Below, one piece after another: positions 12,299 to 23,900 of a stretch of DNA of 64,000 bases. Positions within the stretch are counted from its first letter, which is position 1. The number at the start of each line of letters is the position of its first letter. Source of the stretch: Cystobasidiomycetes sp. EMM_F5. Lineage: Eukaryota. Position numbers and translations under genes: made by a program. The notes beneath the pieces are model-generated. The model made no database searches. It was not told the origin of the DNA and saw only the letters and a list, made by a program, of their open reading frames with translations. The DNA lies in NCBI GenBank assembly GCA_051047955.1, contig JBPGPT010000010.1:1-64000 (forward strand). Reading direction: 5' to 3'.

Positions 12299-13324
12299 CT
12301 AATGCGCCATCTGACCTCCCTCTTGCTGTTGTTGCTGTTGCTGCTGTTGGTCAGCATCCGTAATCCGCAGAACCTTCAAGAAGTCGCGATACGCAAAATT
12401 GCCATGCCTATCCGTGAACGGCGGAGACAGAAAGCGAGAGATCTGAATGAAAGGTTCAGTAAAGTTAATCGTGCGCATCTGAGCAAGACTTACCTCTTCC
12501 TGCGTCATCCTGTCACCCAATGTAGCGAGAAATTCGCGTATCTGGGCCACCGGGACATAGCCTGTATCCTTCTCGTCAAAGCACGCAAATGCTTCCAATA
12601 ACTCGTCTTCTGGATCCATTGACAAGAGATGGTCAGAGAACTGTCCGAAGTACGCAGTCAGATTCTGTTGCTTTCTGGCTTCACGACAGCATGCTGACCA
12701 TGGTAAGAAAAGTAGTAAACGACAATTGCCTTGGCGTGATGCCCACAAAGTAGGAAGAAATGACAGACGGTGTAGGGGTCTGGCCTACAGAGAGCATCCG
12801 GATTGCACTGTTAGCCGCAACGACGTAATGGGCTTTCCCGGCTGAGTTGTCTAAGAGCTCACCTAGTTGCTGCAACATCTTTGTCAAGTCGCTCTCGCTG
12901 ATGAAACCGTCCGCGTCTTGGTCCACCATCTGGGCGGTCGCGTGCGTCAGCTTTGTGACCTGTTTGTGGCGGAATGCAAACACAACGCGTACATTGAAGG
13001 CCTGATTCAACATGCACGGCGCGCAAGTGATGATATGGGTCCAGTCAGCGGTGTGAGTGTGCACACAGGGATCATCAAGTCAGGTCTTCCCGCGGCGTTG
13101 AAAATCTGGCCGCACCTCTTTAAACTGCTTGACCTATTGCGTGCATAGCACAACATTAGATACCAGGCGAAAGTCAGCGTATCAGCCTTCGCACACCACA
13201 GATACAACTGATTGCTCACCTGCTCATTCTCAAACATGGAATAGAGCGACTCGCTCGGCTGCCTGCGACCATGGCTGGAGCGCGTCCGCACTTGACTTGG
13301 GTGACCTATACCAAGCGTTGACAT
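12299..13324 (-). CDS. myosin II regulatory light chain (EF-hand), with micro-exons and C-terminal polyQ
   Basis: Spliced FENEQ|VKQFKE|AFN|MVDQDADGFISESDL, FTTFLTM|FSDHL, DPEDELLEAFACFDEKDTG, LGDRMTQEE, GNFAYRDFLKVLR. Confidence 0.9.
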
Positions 13325-13666
13325 TGCGCAGAGTATTGGACAGGCTGATCAAAGCCTGAGATGCGTTTGGTTCAGCTAGCAGTTGTATCAGATTTCCGGT
13401 TGTGCTTAAGCAATGGGATCACCAACGCCACCACAGTCAACACCGCTCCTATCAGCTTTCCACGCCGGTTGAAGGCACAGCAACGAGGCTTCTCCGCCAT
13501 CTACTGTTTCCTGTTCTACAAAAGGAACGACAGGCACGTTCAAAGAATTGCGAATCACTCAATCTACCATCTTTTCATCTAGCAGAACAGACCATGAATG
13601 TACGATGATCTGTACGCGTTACTCAGCGCTCAAGGACTTGCTACTTGACTTGCGGGCTGGGAAATT

Positions 13667-16600
13667 TTAGCCCAGATTTGCTGCCAGAAGACGTAGCGTG
13701 TCATTATACCAAGATTTCGGTATCATGACAACTTCTTCTATCCTGAAAGAGCCTTTGACGTTAGTCATATGAAGGACAGAACCTGCTTATCTATGAGCCT
13801 CACCTGGCATCCAGGTTGGCCTTCTTCAGCAGACCTTGCGGACTCGACTCGTACACCACCTTGACAGTCTGTTCAGCTAGCGCAGCCGCTTCTTGCGGCA
13901 ACGCTATAGCAGACAAGACTCTCAAGGCGACTTCCAATGTCAAAGTCCCCTGGGCTATTTGCTGAAGCAGGCCCAGCAGCTGAATGGTAGAAGTCGTATC
14001 GCTCGCCTGCAGATCTGTATCAGCTGATAAGACAGTCTGCTTTCGAGACTATCAGTTACATGGGTGGCCGGTCGCGACTCCGTTCGCGCGACATGTCGGC
14101 TTTCCGACTCTTCCGTTGATACCGATACATCTACTCGTCGGAGCATAGCAGTTGTCGGCTTTGGAATCATTTGTGCATTTATAGAATTGGCGGCCGGGAT
14201 GAAGGCTGTATCTGCGACCGCATTCGCTGTCGCTGCACCGGAAAGCTGGCTCGCTGCTAAAATTACCGCCTCCGTGTGCGACGAAGAAACCGGCGTCAAG
14301 GTTACCGCTTCGGTCGCATCCTCGAGCGTCCGAGGTACCGCTGTGTCGAAGGGAGCGTTGGGGGGCTCCGAGTCAAGCGACATGGCTTCAGAAGCTGAGT
14401 CAGAGACTGCACCAGCATCAGCCTCGGCGGGCGCCGAGCCATCTCTCGCGACCGCAGCCATCCCGACAACTTGAGCCTCGGTAGCCACAGTGTCTTCTAT
14501 AATCCTTTGAATAGCGTCAGTAGTAGTGACTGTCGCAAGGCTTGAATCGTTTGTCAGAATGGACAGCTCTTGTACAGCGACGGGCGAGCTCGTTCTGCGC
14601 CGTTTCTCAACTACCTCGGACGTTGTTTGCGCAGGCTCTTCACTTCTTCTGCGCTTGTTGTCCACCGGGTTAACGGGAATATTACTCCGTATGTATGTTG
14701 TGTTTGGATAGATGCTCTTACGTTTGTCGCCTGTGGAAGTATTGCTCGTGCTCAATGCAGGACTACTCCTGTTGAATGCGTCCAACCTGCGCAGGAACTC
14801 TTCGTCCTTTCGTCGCTCATGCTCATCGTCACGAAGTCGTGCTGAACGGGGTGGTGGCGAGACACTGCTGCGACGCGACCTGTCTGTCCTTTCCTTGTGT
14901 CCAGAATCCCTATTACGAGCGTCCAGTGAAGAGCCTCTTCGTCTTTCAGCACGAGGAGACCGAGCTCGATCTCGGTCTCGTTCTCCATCTCGATCTCGAT
15001 CTCGTTCTCGTCGTCGATCTCTCGACCTACTTCTAATCCTTCCTGCGCGGCGTTCGCTGCTCATGTTGTTATCGTCGTCTTGCGTTGATCGTCTGCTTGC
15101 CGTTGGCCGGGTTGGCTCAGGCGAGCGCGAGGAGCGGGTAACCGGCCGTCCTCGGGTTCTTGGATCATACTCATCGACATCTTGTCTACTCGAACGCCTT
15201 CCCGTGCTGGGCTCATCTCTTCTGCTACGCCTTCTGCCATCTTCGCTGGAACTGCGACGCGACATGCTGACCGACTCCTCTTCACGCAAGGTGTCACGTA
15301 ATGCCGCAGATCTTCTGGGCCTCTGCTCTTGATCGCGCATCTGACCCTCTTCCGAAGAGGACGATGTTGATATGGCCATCGTTGCACTGACGGGAGCCCT
15401 GTCGCTCTTCGGGGGCGCCTGAGACGCCTGCTGCTGCGGCTGTTTCGCTGTTGGAACTGTCCTGAATTGGGAAGGAGTGAGTTTGCCGAAAAGCGCGCTG
15501 AATGGGTCGGCGGGATCCATATCCACATCAGTAGCGGTCGAAGCGGTAGTCGCACCTGCCCTGCCAGCGATAGAAACAGGTTTGCGCGCATTCTGTTTCG
15601 TCGGTGGAGAAGTCGGCTTCGGATTGGGCGCAAGGGTCGACATCTTCCGGTAGTTATGACTAAGTTTATCCCAGTAAGGCTTTATTGAGGCCTTAGGGCA
15701 TTTCTTCCTACCCAATATCCCGAAGAAGTCCCCAGATAGAGCTCGTCGAGCGAGTTCTTCCTTCCAATAGGACGTGGGGCTTGTAGGTGTCCAACCATCC
15801 CTCTCGGATGTGACGACCATGGGCATGCCACCAACAATGAGGGTTGCACCTTCGCTCGTCTCGCTGTACTTGAGGAAGGGTTCATAAACTTCAGGCTTCT
15901 TGCCTTGTGAGAAGTGAAGGTGCGCAATGTGACCTAAACGTGCGTAGGCGGTATTGGGCGGCATGCATTGGGCAAGGATTCTCCACTCCTCTTCGTCGAC
16001 CTGTGAGCTCCCGCTCTGTATCGGTGGTCTCGCATCATCTCGACTAGGCTTTGGCGATGACGGCCCCATGGATCTGGTTTTCATACGTGTGTCATCCTTG
16101 CTAGCAGAGCTACCATTCTGCAAAGGATCCTTGACCGTTGCGCTAGCGGAGGGGCCTGCCAACGTTGGCGGCTGGCTAGTTTGCAGCTGCTTTGGCTGTT
16201 TCTGGACGTTCGCATCCCCAGAATCATGAGGATTGTTTACCTGCTTGCCCGGGACGACAGCTTCCCGACGACTTTCCGATCTAGATTCCAACGTCGATAG
16301 CGGAGCCAAAGCAGGATGCGCAGAACTCGAAGCCGGCACAGGCGGAATGCGCTGCGACATTCGTATCGCTGCAGCCTCAGTGGTGGTGCCCAAAGCAGCT
16401 GATTTTGATTCCACCGAACCTTGGAGGCCCGATGATTGCACACTCGATGAGGTCGTGTCGTGAAATGGACCTCTTGTGATTTTTGGAGGGAAATTGATAA
16501 ACGAGTGTTGGGGGAACGGAAGTGGCACTGGAGGGCGATTGGCTTGGGAGGTACTGTGGGTGTTGACTTCTTTCTGCACTGGCTTGGATGGAGGAGCACT

Positions 16601-18010
16601 TGATACTAGCACGGGCGATTTTACGGATGAGGATGTCTTCGCTGGATTGGCCTCTCCTTGCACAAACAAGGCTGTCACATCGTTCATCGTGATTGGCTTT
16701 GCAAGGGGCTTGGGCTTATTAACAGATGAAGCTGATGCACGGGGAGGGGAGGATGGAATTGCAACAGACGACGGCTGTTGACTCTGCACATCTGGAACTG
16801 AGGTGTTGCTCATTGAGCTGGTAACGCTTTGGGTGATCGCATTGCCAGCAATCCTCGCCTCCAAACTCGAGGTAGAGTCGTTGGGAGGAACAACAGGTGT
16901 GGGAGGGGGTTGAGCAGGGCTGTTGATCCTATCAGCTATACGCTCTGAAAGCGGTGTACTGTTGGCCGCAGCGTCAGGCTTTGTTGGCGTAAGAGGTAGC
17001 ATCTGTTTCAATCGCTCAAACAGGTCAACTGGCTTTGCGGCAGACGTCTTGGGCTCGCTCGCGGGCGCCTTCGCATTCTCTGTCCGGTTTGCAGGGCTCG
17101 ATGCAGCGGGCCCATTTCTGTCGGAGATGCGTTCTGATAGATCGGATTGCGATCTCGACATAAGACGTTGCCTCAGCCCTGACTCACGCAAATGTGTCGA
17201 CGATTCCCGCAGCCGGGCTTGTAGCGCGCTCTCTTTTTGCACCGTAGGCGCGTCTGTTGCACTGTTCGATGGTGCTGGAGCGAACCGTTGTAAGACTGAA
17301 AGTTCTGGCGATCCAGTCAACTTGCGATCCGGCTGGGCTTTGGTGATTGGTCTTGATCCTGGCAAAACAGAAGCGGGCATGGTAATCTGCGAACTGCCAA
17401 GGGCGAAGGTGTTTGGCTGCCCGGGAGCCGATGAGTCGGGTTTGTAGAAGAGATCATCTCGCGAGAGTGGTCGAGGTGATTCAGTTCTTGGGACAGTATG
17501 TGGTGGGAAGGGAACAGGATCCGCAGGACTTTCCTTCCGCTCGCTGAATCGCATACTATCATTCGGGGTAGAGGACCGTGATTGCGGTGTTCCGTTGCCA
17601 AATGCTGCCAAAAGCGGATTCGAAGCTGGCATTTCTAGCAGTGTATCCATATCTTGCCAATCGTCAATCACTTCCAGCAATTCTTTCCGCTTTGACGGAA
17701 GGGTAGACTCGTCCTGAAGTACGGTTTCCAAGATTCCACGACACAAGGCTGCTCGAAAGACGCCTTCTCGGGCTGCTTCCAAGTTGTCGCTTTCGTAGAC
17801 AAATGTACGGCCGTACAATTCCAGAACAGCAGATCCAGTAGCCTTATTGTAGCTTCGGACAAAAAGGTCTGAAGGGTCGGCTTTGCCACTCGCTTTGGCG
17901 ACAACTAAGCATTGTTCGACGATGGCAGGAACACAGTCACGTAGAGGATGAGGAAGAGGCGGTCGTCAGCAATTCAGACGCAAACACCGCTGGACGGAAG
18001 CACCGCTTGC
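13667..18010 (-). CDS. large, mostly disordered protein with RS/RD-rich block and two similar small globular segments (start uncertain)
   Basis: 1287-aa ORF 13955-17818 stays open upstream past 17905. Downstream introns (GTAACT...CAG near 14060-14008; GTGAGG...CTAAC...CAG near 13803-13743) give a terminal exon ending ANLG* at 13667. Confidence 0.7.
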
Positions 18011-18334
18011 ATCGTTTTATCCTAATTACAGCCGTCGCCGGTGCTGAGCTCGTCGATGTTGCAGGCGCTGCCGTCGTCGTTGCGGTTCCCATTATTGATC
18101 CCGCAGGTGTCCATCCAGACCTGTGTACTCAGTCTGCTGTGGACAAGATAGTGTCAGTGCTTTCCAACCGCAATCACGCCGGCGGCGGAGTTGCGTCAAA
18201 CAGCAGCCAACGTGTAAAGAGGTTTGAGCGTCACTATATCGTTTACAACAAGCAGGCAAGCAAAGAACGCGTTTATACCCAGACACTTTCTGCTTCATCA
18301 AAATCGCCTTTCCCATCTCTTCCGTATCAAGCAT

Positions 18335-20563
18335 CTATCCGGCCTCGCTCTCCCCGCCCTTACGCATCCAGATGGGCACCCTCTTGACCGCGGCGCCTTC
18401 TGCGCCAGGACTAATGGACGGTGCATGCGGGCTCTGCGAGCGAGAATGCTGCATGCCCGGACTGGGCAGTGGACTATTCCCAGATCGCGTTCCCCACTTC
18501 TCCGCAAAGTCTTCCTCTTCCTCCTTCACGTGTATTCTAGGCGATAATTGACCGTGCGACTCGCCAGAAGCAATCGACAGACCAGCGGTAGCTTGTACGA
18601 GGTTATCCGTCGTATCTTGCCCATCGTGTGTGCTAGGCAAATCTGCGCTCAGGCTGTCTGCAACACTACTGGCAGAAGTAGGGGCCGAAGACAGGGCAGG
18701 AGCACTGATATCAGAAGGACCTGATGCCGATGTATCTTGAACGCCTTCATCATACTCTGCTGTATATGTTCCAGCGTGGTCCAATTCGATATCCGGAATA
18801 TCGTCTTGCGCAGGCACGGCTACTACTTCGGCTTGTCCATCATCCGCATCTGGTTGCACAGAAATTGATGTGTTGGTTGTATCTTCCTCTGCGACTTGGT
18901 CAGTCTCTGGAGCCAGTTGCACTTCCGGGATAACATCCACCTCTCGCTGGATCTGTTCTTCCTTTTCTCCGTTATTATCACGATCACGATCACCATCACC
19001 ACTTTTCGCCTTGGCCATAGCCTTGTTATCGCTCTTGCCCGCCAGCAACAATTTCTTTGGCGGGGTATTGACTGACTTGACTACTCCAATTTTCGGTCTG
19101 ACACCCGTCAATGGGGACCCTGCCGGCCCTCTCGTACCCGGCATCCGTTCTCCAATCGTCCCTCTACTCGAGGAGACGACCCGACTATTTGCATTCATAC
19201 CTGCTGAAGCTTTTGTAGATGACGGTGTAGATGCAGAACTCCCATTTCTCTGTGGGGGCGTCCTTGCAGTCTCGTCCTCGTGTCTGGCATGAGCAAGCGA
19301 TGACACAGTAGGTCTTGACAACCTCGCAAATGTCCCTGCACCAGACGGCGATGTTGTAGTGTGCGACCGAGCAGGAGTGGAGGCGGGTGGTACAGGCGAA
19401 GGACTTTTTGCCATTTTAGTTGGCGTTGCTCGTGAAGTCTCTCGTACAGACGAAGCGAGCGGAGATCGTCCAACGCTTGTCGTACTCTGTTTCCTCGCAC
19501 GAATTACCGCTGGCGTCTCGCTTCCAGTCGTAGATGTAGATTGGCGGGGTGTAGTGCGCCCCGGCGTCATTGATCGAGCTACTCGGGCGGTGGAAGGAGA
19601 CATTGAGGAAGAAAGAGCAGAAGTTGGTCGTGCAGAAGTGGGCGATTCGCCATATCCGCCAATAGAGGCTCGTGCTTTTGAAGCAGAAGCGGCCGTCGGT
19701 CTCGTCAATCTCGAAAAGGCAGCAGATGTCGATGCGGTGTGAGGAGGAGAAGGCGAAACGACTTTACGTGGACGTACAGGGGAAGTCGTCGATGACGTTG
19801 CGCTAGTTTGGGATGCTTCACGACGCGCTCGTGTAGCTGATGTATTTGTGGCGGAGGGCGTTTGGGTCGTTCTCATGGCTTTAGTGGCAGAGGAGGGCTG
19901 CGACGTGTCTGGCTTAGTGGGTGTTGTGATTGAAGGAAACGCATTTGCGGGCGTTCGCGTTATGGGCACCGCGACTGGCGCACTTTCGCGTTTATCAACG
20001 GCGGGAGTCTGTGCGGAGGGAGACTTAGAGGGGACCTGATCTTTTCTTGGCGTGGATGACAGAGTCGTCGCTTTCTTATTGATGGATGAATCTGTATTTT
20101 GATTCGTTCGTGCCGCCACTGTTACATCGGCACTCTGGTCGAGGGAGACGGTGTTTGACGAGGTTGACATGTCCATTGAAAGGGTGGATGTGACATTGCT
20201 GTCCCTGTTGACTGCTTTCCCACCCTCGCTGAATGCGACCATCGGCGTGCCTGTGTTGTCCATTATTGTCGCTGATGTACCGGGCTTGAGCCATGTGGGA
20301 TTGGGTGATGGAGACTGTCCAGAGCGAGTTCTCTCCATTGCGGAAGCAGCAGTCGCAGCACCGAGCACGTCCGTCGACGGTCTCCTCGTGTTTCCCGGTG
20401 ATACATCGCGTGAGGTACTGGCACTATCAGGCCACACCTCATTCGACCCAAACGAGTGCCGCGGTTTCAACGGTGCGCTGTCGCCCGTCACATCGATGTT
20501 GCTCTGGAAGCGCGCTATCAGGTCCCTCGCCTTTGCAGCCCTGCTCTCGTCGGGTAGGGGCAT
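18335..20563 (-). CDS. Ser/Thr/Pro/Arg-rich disordered protein (742 aa), basic N-terminal part and acidic C-terminal part; possible microtubule-associated protein
   Basis: Intronless ATG ORF; repeated motifs FSRLTRPTAAS and FARLSRPTVSS. Confidence 0.7.
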   Translation of the reverse strand: MPLPDESRAAKARDLIARFQSNIDVTGDSAPLKPRHSFGSNEVWPDSASTSRDVSPGNTRRPSTDVLGAATAASAMERTRSGQSPSPNPTWLKPGTSATIMDNTGTPMVAFSEGGKAVNRDSNVTSTLSMDMSTSSNTVSLDQSADVTVAARTNQNTDSSINKKATTLSSTPRKDQVPSKSPSAQTPAVDKRESAPVAVPITRTPANAFPSITTPTKPDTSQPSSATKAMRTTQTPSATNTSATRARREASQTSATSSTTSPVRPRKVVSPSPPHTASTSAAFSRLTRPTAASASKARASIGGYGESPTSARPTSALSSSMSPSTARVARSMTPGRTTPRQSTSTTGSETPAVIRARKQSTTSVGRSPLASSVRETSRATPTKMAKSPSPVPPASTPARSHTTTSPSGAGTFARLSRPTVSSLAHARHEDETARTPPQRNGSSASTPSSTKASAGMNANSRVVSSSRGTIGERMPGTRGPAGSPLTGVRPKIGVVKSVNTPPKKLLLAGKSDNKAMAKAKSGDGDRDRDNNGEKEEQIQREVDVIPEVQLAPETDQVAEEDTTNTSISVQPDADDGQAEVVAVPAQDDIPDIELDHAGTYTAEYDEGVQDTSASGPSDISAPALSSAPTSASSVADSLSADLPSTHDGQDTTDNLVQATAGLSIASGESHGQLSPRIHVKEEEEDFAEKWGTRSGNSPLPSPGMQHSRSQSPHAPSISPGAEGAAVKRVPIWMRKGGESEAG

Positions 20564-20942
20564 TCTGCGTGTTGTTTGGATCAGAGTGAGCGCGTAGATG
20601 GGGTTGTAATGGATGATGAGAGATGGAATTGTAATTGCTTACATTGGATTTCAAATGAGATTACCATTCAATTGCTAATCTCTCCTTGTCACCCCCTTGC
20701 CGTTGTCTGTTTCATGCAACATGTCTCTCGTTCGTCGGTTGTCGTTGGCTGGTCATTCGAATGATCGAGTTCTGCAGCAGCCTCCCCTGACAGCTGGGCT
20801 GGTCTGCACACACCCGCACACACGAGCAAGCCACTGCAGCCACTCTACGCTCACTCTGCTCCTCCCATTCCCCCCGCTCCATGGCCCATTCATAGATCCC
20901 TCATCCCCCTGACAGGCTAGCCGAACTAACGCCGGGCAAATC

Positions 20943-23900
20943 ATGGCAATCCAGCATTCATCGACGAGCAGCCATCACTACTACGTAAACGGGCATGCTG
21001 ACAACGGAGACGAGTACGACGGAAGCGAGGACGAGCGGGTAAACCATACCGGCGTGAATGGTCATGCAGGCAATGACACGGCCGAGGAAGGAGAGCATGG
21101 CGGACACGACGGCGAGGGTGGAGACGGAGACGGAGACGGAGACGCGAGCGGGACAACCGAAGCGGCACTCATGAGGCACGGCTTTGAAAGCTACGATGCC
21201 GAAGTCTTGAAGGACCTGGAATCAAAGTACTTTTTATACTATTCCGATGTGGGTGGAGGAGCACATGAATCATTATTCACCGCTCACTAAAACATACTCC
21301 TTCCACAGACACGGCATCAGTCTGTCGGACGAGCAAAACCACCGCCGTACCATCTGCCCCCAGAATGGAGATCCAAAGACAAGGTCAAGATCGTGCAAGG
21401 AGCACTCGTCGTCTGCCTCAAGATTGGTTTCGATCCTCCCGATGTCATCAAGACGCAGCCCTGTGCACGGCTTGAGGCATGGGTAGACACGGCAGCCATT
21501 GGAAAGGAGCGGTGTCAGGAGCAGATTGCCTCAAACCTCGGAAAACAGTTTGAATCCCTCGCCCTGTCAAGCAAAGCTCGCTTCCAGACGTATATGGATC
21601 CAGCGCACGAAGATTTGAGAAAACTGTGCGTCGGCCTGCGAAGGAAGGCCAGGAATGACCGTGCCCTCTTTTACTACAATGGCCATGGTGTGCCCCGCCC
21701 AACTCCGTCTGGCGAAATATGGGTGTTCAATCGACAGTACACTCAGTACATACCCGTCAGCGTGGCAGATGTCGTCGGATATCTATCCGGTCCCACAGTC
21801 TACATCTGGGACTGCTCGAACGCAGGAAACATTGTAAACAAGATCAAGGACCTGCAAGCGCTTCCCGAAGGCAAATTCCCCACGTTTTCAGCAACTACCA
21901 ACAACACATCGTCCAACCAACCCACAAACGCACAAGGCCTCCCAACAGCGCCAGGAAAGGACGAGCCAGACCGACCAGTCAGTATTGCAGCTATTCAAGA
22001 CATTATCCAAATTGCAGCATGCCAAGCGCACGAAACACTTCCGATGAATCCGGATCTTCCAGCCGACCTCTTCACATCGTGCATCACGTCCCCGATCGAA
22101 ATGTCTGTCAGATTCTTCCTCCTCCACAACCCTCTTCGCTCAGACGTTAAGCCCGATCTCGCTATGCGGATACCGGGCAAGCTGTCTGATCGAAAGACAC
22201 CGCTTGGCGAACTCATCTGGATCTTCACGTCCGTAACCGATACCATTGCATGGAACAGCCTCCCGAAACACCTCTTCCAACGTCTGTTTAGGCACGATCT
22301 CGTTATGGCTGCCATTTTTCGAGGCTTCCTTCTCGCTGAACGCATCATGCGCAGGTATAACTGTACGCCCGTCTCTGTGCCTGCTCTTCCGCCGTGCGCG
22401 AGTCACCCGCTCTGGGACTCGTGGGATCTGGCCCTCGATCGCTGTCTTGCCCAAATGCCAGCACTCGTAGCTTACGAAGACGCAAAGAAACGAGCAGAGA
22501 CGTATGGCGATCCTCCACCGCCGCCGTTCCACTACAACAATTCCTACTTCTTTTCCGATCATCTCTCTGCGTTCTCTGTTTGGATAGATCAGGGAACAGC
22601 ACGGACCGTAGAACCAGCCGCACAGTATCTTGAGAGCGGACATATGCTCAAAAGTGGGTATAAGCGAACTCTACCCGACTCGTTTGCACAATTGCCGGTG
22701 CAGGAGAGCAGGCCGAAAATACTCACAAACGGATACCATCATACGGAAACGAGCGATAGTGCGGCAGCAGGACAGCAGCAAGTGGACGGTGCGATTGTTG
22801 TTCCGTTTGTTTCGACTATCCCACCGACTATTGCTGCACTCGATCGTACCCACAAAACGCTGAGAGTGGCCGCCGAACAGCCTGAACACCTGCCTATCCT
22901 GCTACAAGTACTCCTGTCCCAAGTCCACCGGCTGAGGGCTCTCATGCTGTTATGCAAATTCTTCGATCTCGGACCTTGGGCCGTGAATCTCGGCCTTAGT
23001 ATAGGCATCTTTCCATACATCCTGAAACTTCTGCAAGCCCCTTCTCCGGAACTTCGTCCGGTCCTCATCTACATCTGGACACGTATTCTTGCCATTTACC
23101 GACTATGTCAGGAAGATCTCGCAAAGGCAGCAGGCCCTCCGTCAACCACACTTCCCTTCCATTACTTTGCTAGCATTATCGACCCGAATCAACAGCTTCT
23201 CGTCATTCCAAACGTTTCGGAACATCGCGCAATGTGCTGCTTCATCATTTCTATCTTTATGCGCGACTATGCGTATGCGCAACAACTCGCACTCATCAAT
23301 AAACCTCCCAATTCCACCATGAACGTCTTTGAAGCGTGTCTTCACCACCTCAAAGATCCGGATCCTCTGCTTCGACAGTGGGCAGCCCTTACAATAGGTA
23401 TACTCTGGGATGACTTTGATGAGGCCAAAGGCATCGCAGTACGCAACAAGGCACACTCGGATCTGAGTGCAAGACTGCTTGACTCCGTACCAGAAGTTCG
23501 AACGGCTGCCCTGTTTGCGCTAGGCGTGTTTGTAGGTCTGTCTGGCGGAGACGTGCAAGCGAAGAGGGGAAGTGCTGGACGAGCTTTAAGCGGTTGCGCT
23601 ATCGATCGAACAGCTATGACGGAACAATGGCAAGTTGACGAAGAGCTTGGTATAGTCATGACTACACTCAGAATACAAAGCGATGGGTGTCCTCTGGCAC
23701 GTAAAGAGCTGGTCATCCTCCTTTCAGCGGTTGCCTACAACTATCGAGGAGCCTTCGCAGTTGCCGCATACGACCACGCCAAGGATATGGCAGATGGACG
23801 CCGCGCAAGTCCTCAAGAACTGTACGAACAGCGTCTGGAAGTCATGGACCAGAGTTTCCGTCTCTCTGAAGCCTCACAATCCGCACCCTCTACGTATACA

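Noticed and set aside
13002..13115. Longer intron with TGATGA and CTGA as a possible box C/D snoRNA
   Set aside because: The boxes are under 30 nt apart, the CTGA doubles as a branch-site motif, and there is no terminal stem.
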